Shown here: positions 61,374 through 64,000 of the stretch, in pieces
Layout: each line of letters opens with the position of its first letter
Position numbering within the stretch: the first letter of the stretch is position 1
From: Microcoleus sp.
GTDB taxonomy: Bacteria; Cyanobacteriota; Cyanobacteriia; Cyanobacteriales; Microcoleaceae
Length of the DNA: 64,000 nt
NCBI GenBank assembly: GCA_052279835.1
Contig: CP181291.1
Span: 352,001-416,000, forward strand
Direction of reading: 5' to 3'
Translations under genes and position numbers: made by a program
The notes under the pieces: generated by a model
Database searches by the model: none
Seen by the model: the letters and a program-made list of their open reading frames with translations, nothing else
What the model was told of the DNA's origin: nothing

Positions 61374-62290
61374 TTTTTCTCCCGATTAGCCGATGACGAA
61401 CGGCGCAGTATCTGCTTTAAAAGTGTCCATCCCTTCAATCCTATCTGGCGTCCGAGATGACCGATCGGAATTGGGGTGACAGTTCTTTCTCCCTCCGACG
61501 GAAACAACTTCGCCTCCAGCAACTCTTTCAATTTGTTGCTTGTCAAAGGTCGATTTAAAGTTCCCATCTGGGCTAAAGAAATAGAACCCGTTTCCTCAGA
61601 CACCACCACGCACACGCAAGCTTGCACCCGTTCGGTAATTCCCATTGCCGCCCGGTGGCGGGTTCCCAACTGTCGCGACGCGCTGCGATCGGATAGGGGC
61701 AAAATTACCCCAGCCGACACGATCCGCGAAGCTCTAATCAAAACAGCCCCATCGTGGAGCAAAGTTTGTGGTTGAAAAATAGTCTGCAACAATTCCTTAG
61801 ATACTTCAGCATTCAGCTTCACTCCCGGAACTGAAAAATCCCGATCGTCGATGGGAGCATCTGTTTCTACAATTAGTAAAGCGCCCGTGCGGTTTTGCGA
61901 AAGTTCTTTTACTGCGTCCACAATTTCATCTATTACGCTATCCGGTTCGGGAGTAGGTCGGCGATCGCGTCCAAACAATTGTCTAATTTCCCCCCGACCC
62001 AATTGTTCCAGAAATCGGCGAAATTCTGACTGCAATATTACCGCCATTGCTACAGCCGAACCTGTCACCAAGCTGTTGAGGGCAACGTGCAACAGTCTCA
62101 ATCCAGCCCAGTTGCTCACCGCCGCCGCCAGCATCAAAATAATAAATCCCCGTACCATCCACAGCGTCCGGCGCTCCCCAACAATGACGAGCACCAAATA
62201 CGCAAGAGCAAATACCAATCCAATATCGATCGCCTGAATCAATAAGGACTGAATAAGGCCAAAGTCATAGCCAGATTGTTGATTGTTCAT
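61370..62290 (-). CDS. cdaA: Diadenylate cyclase CdaA
   Basis: Three TM helices plus DAC motifs LHDGA and GTRHRAA. Confidence 0.95.
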   Translation of the reverse strand: MNNQQSGYDFGLIQSLLIQAIDIGLVFALAYLVLVIVGERRTLWMVRGFIILMLAAAVSNWAGLRLLHVALNSLVTGSAVAMAVILQSEFRRFLEQLGRGEIRQLFGRDRRPTPEPDSVIDEIVDAVKELSQNRTGALLIVETDAPIDDRDFSVPGVKLNAEVSKELLQTIFQPQTLLHDGAVLIRASRIVSAGVILPLSDRSASRQLGTRHRAAMGITERVQACVCVVVSEETGSISLAQMGTLNRPLTSNKLKELLEAKLFPSEGERTVTPIPIGHLGRQIGLKGWTLLKQILRRSSSANREKK

Positions 62291-62466
62291 GGTTCATCGA
62301 ACCTTACCGCCTGTGAACCGCGAACTATGATGCACTCGAACCCGTGAACCATGAACAGTTGTTATTCCAATCGCGTGACTGAACAAGCAAAAAATCAAAA
62401 TTTAAAAGACGATAGTCAAAAATTCCTTTTTAATTATCTTTCTTTTTACTTTTTACTTTTTGCTTT

Positions 62467-63888
62467 TTACTTTTTAACACCGAGTCTTTCAGGAAGACGG
62501 TCAAACCTTAGCAAATCCTCGTCAGTTTCCCGCTGTACGATCGTGTTAACTTCTCCATTTTTCACCAAAACCGCCGCCGGTCTGGGGACTCGGTTGTAAT
62601 TAGAAGCCATGCTGTAATTGTATGCTCCTGTAGCCGTGACCACAAGGATATCTCCCGGCTCACACTTTGGCAATTTAGCATCTTTAATCAGAATATCGCC
62701 TGATTCGCAGTGTTTGCCAGCAACTGTCACTGTTTCCGTTAAGGGAGCAGACATTTTGTTGGCTGCGAGCACTCGATAAACTGATTGGTAGGTAATTGGA
62801 CGTGGATTGTCCGACATACCGCCATCCACTGATAAATACGTCCGCACTCCCGGAATGACTTTTTCAGAACCCACGGTATAAGCTGTGACGCAGGCTGTAC
62901 CTACGAGCGATCGCCCTGGTTCGCAAAGCAATTTAGGTAATGGCAAGTGGTGTCGATCGCAAGCTGCTACCACTGCGGAGCAAATTGTCTGTGCCCAATC
63001 TTGAATGCTAGGAGGATCGTCCGTTTCAGTATAGCGAATGCCCAACCCGCCGCCAATATTAATTTCTGTCGCTGGCAAATCATAACTACGTGCTTTTGTC
63101 AAGCCCTCAATTATGACTTCGGCTAAATCATGATGAGGTTGCACTTCAAAAATCTGAGAGCCGATGTGAGCGTGTAGTCCCACGCACGATAACGACGGCT
63201 GCTCGCTGATAAATTTAAAAACTTCACCCAGAGAGTTGGGATCGAAGCCAAATTTACTGTCGATTTGACCAGTTTTAATGTAATCGTGAGTGTGACACTC
63301 AATTCCTGGGGTAAACCTAACCATAACTCGTGTCGGCTCACCTGCTTTGTGAGAGACACCCAATTTTCCCAACTCTGCTAGAGTCTTTAAATCCCACCAA
63401 TTGTCTGCGACGATGGTGCAGCCACTGGTGACAGCTAGTTCGATTTCCGTGCGGGATTTATTATTCCCGTGAAAGTAGATTTTGTCGGGATTCACACCAG
63501 CTTGTAGTGCTGTCTTAATTTCTCCAGAAGATACCACATCTATGCCTAAACCTTCCGAAGCCGCGATCGCGCAAACTGCCAAACAACTCCAAGCTTTAGA
63601 AGCATAGAGCACTTGAGAAGAACCCGCATAGAATTTTTCAAAAGCCTGTTTGTACTGGCGACTGGTCGCCCGCAGCGTTTCTTCATCTAAGATGTACAGT
63701 GGCGAGCCAAATTGCTCCACCAAAGCTGTCACCTCACAGCCTCCTATTTCTAAACGATCGCTACTGTTAACACTGGCTGTCAGTGGTAACAGTTCTTGAT
63801 TGGGCGATCGACTTTCCCTGGGTTCTTGAGACTTAGACAGATACTGAAGTCCAGATTCCACTTTTTCGATAGATTGAGTTAATACCAT
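62467..63888 (-). CDS. lysA: Diaminopimelate decarboxylase
   Basis: YASKA, HIGSQ, EPGRS, HCESGD and GAY motifs. Alternative start at 63927. Confidence 0.95.
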   Translation of the reverse strand: MVLTQSIEKVESGLQYLSKSQEPRESRSPNQELLPLTASVNSSDRLEIGGCEVTALVEQFGSPLYILDEETLRATSRQYKQAFEKFYAGSSQVLYASKAWSCLAVCAIAASEGLGIDVVSSGEIKTALQAGVNPDKIYFHGNNKSRTEIELAVTSGCTIVADNWWDLKTLAELGKLGVSHKAGEPTRVMVRFTPGIECHTHDYIKTGQIDSKFGFDPNSLGEVFKFISEQPSLSCVGLHAHIGSQIFEVQPHHDLAEVIIEGLTKARSYDLPATEINIGGGLGIRYTETDDPPSIQDWAQTICSAVVAACDRHHLPLPKLLCEPGRSLVGTACVTAYTVGSEKVIPGVRTYLSVDGGMSDNPRPITYQSVYRVLAANKMSAPLTETVTVAGKHCESGDILIKDAKLPKCEPGDILVVTATGAYNYSMASNYNRVPRPAAVLVKNGEVNTIVQRETDEDLLRFDRLPERLGVKK

Positions 63889-64000
63889 CGCGCCATAACT
63901 ATCTTTACAGTCTTTCCCAGTGTACAATTGACCGCAAGCAATTGGGTCATCAGCGCCCAGATTAATGCTTTTGAGTAATTCTAAAATCTAAAATCCCCTG

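Noticed and set aside
60627..63888. lysA-cdaA-uppS as a novel cluster
   Set aside because: This is a known conserved arrangement in cyanobacteria.

Overview
Chromosomal segment of a filamentous cyanobacterium (Oscillatoriales, Microcoleus/Tychonema-like). The evidence is abundant HIP1 GCGATCGC octamers, heptamer STRR tracts, ycf34, a PucC-like transporter, glnN and the lysA-cdaA-uppS operon. Most of the window is housekeeping or metabolic genes interleaved with accessory DNA: tandem secreted TPR-CHAT proteases, tandem filamentous-haemagglutinin-domain exoproteins, an IS630 element inserted in an ADP-ribosylglycohydrolase gene, tandem Rpn nucleases, an Mrr-type endonuclease and many tiny mobile repeats. 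The best candidate for an undescribed system is an AT-rich, translationally coupled two-gene cassette at 39959-42396 encoding a GHKL/MORC-type ATPase and a SAM-fold putative methyltransferase, with no recognisable nuclease; it may be an anti-phage module. Other notable items are 21/22-nt elements inserted precisely into HIP1 sites, palindromic repeats inserted in frame into proteins, a small element whose core is flipped between two copies, a canonical NtcA promoter about 470 nt upstream of glnN and a PsrR1-like sRNA candidate. All calls come from reading the sequence and recognising motifs; no database searches were run.
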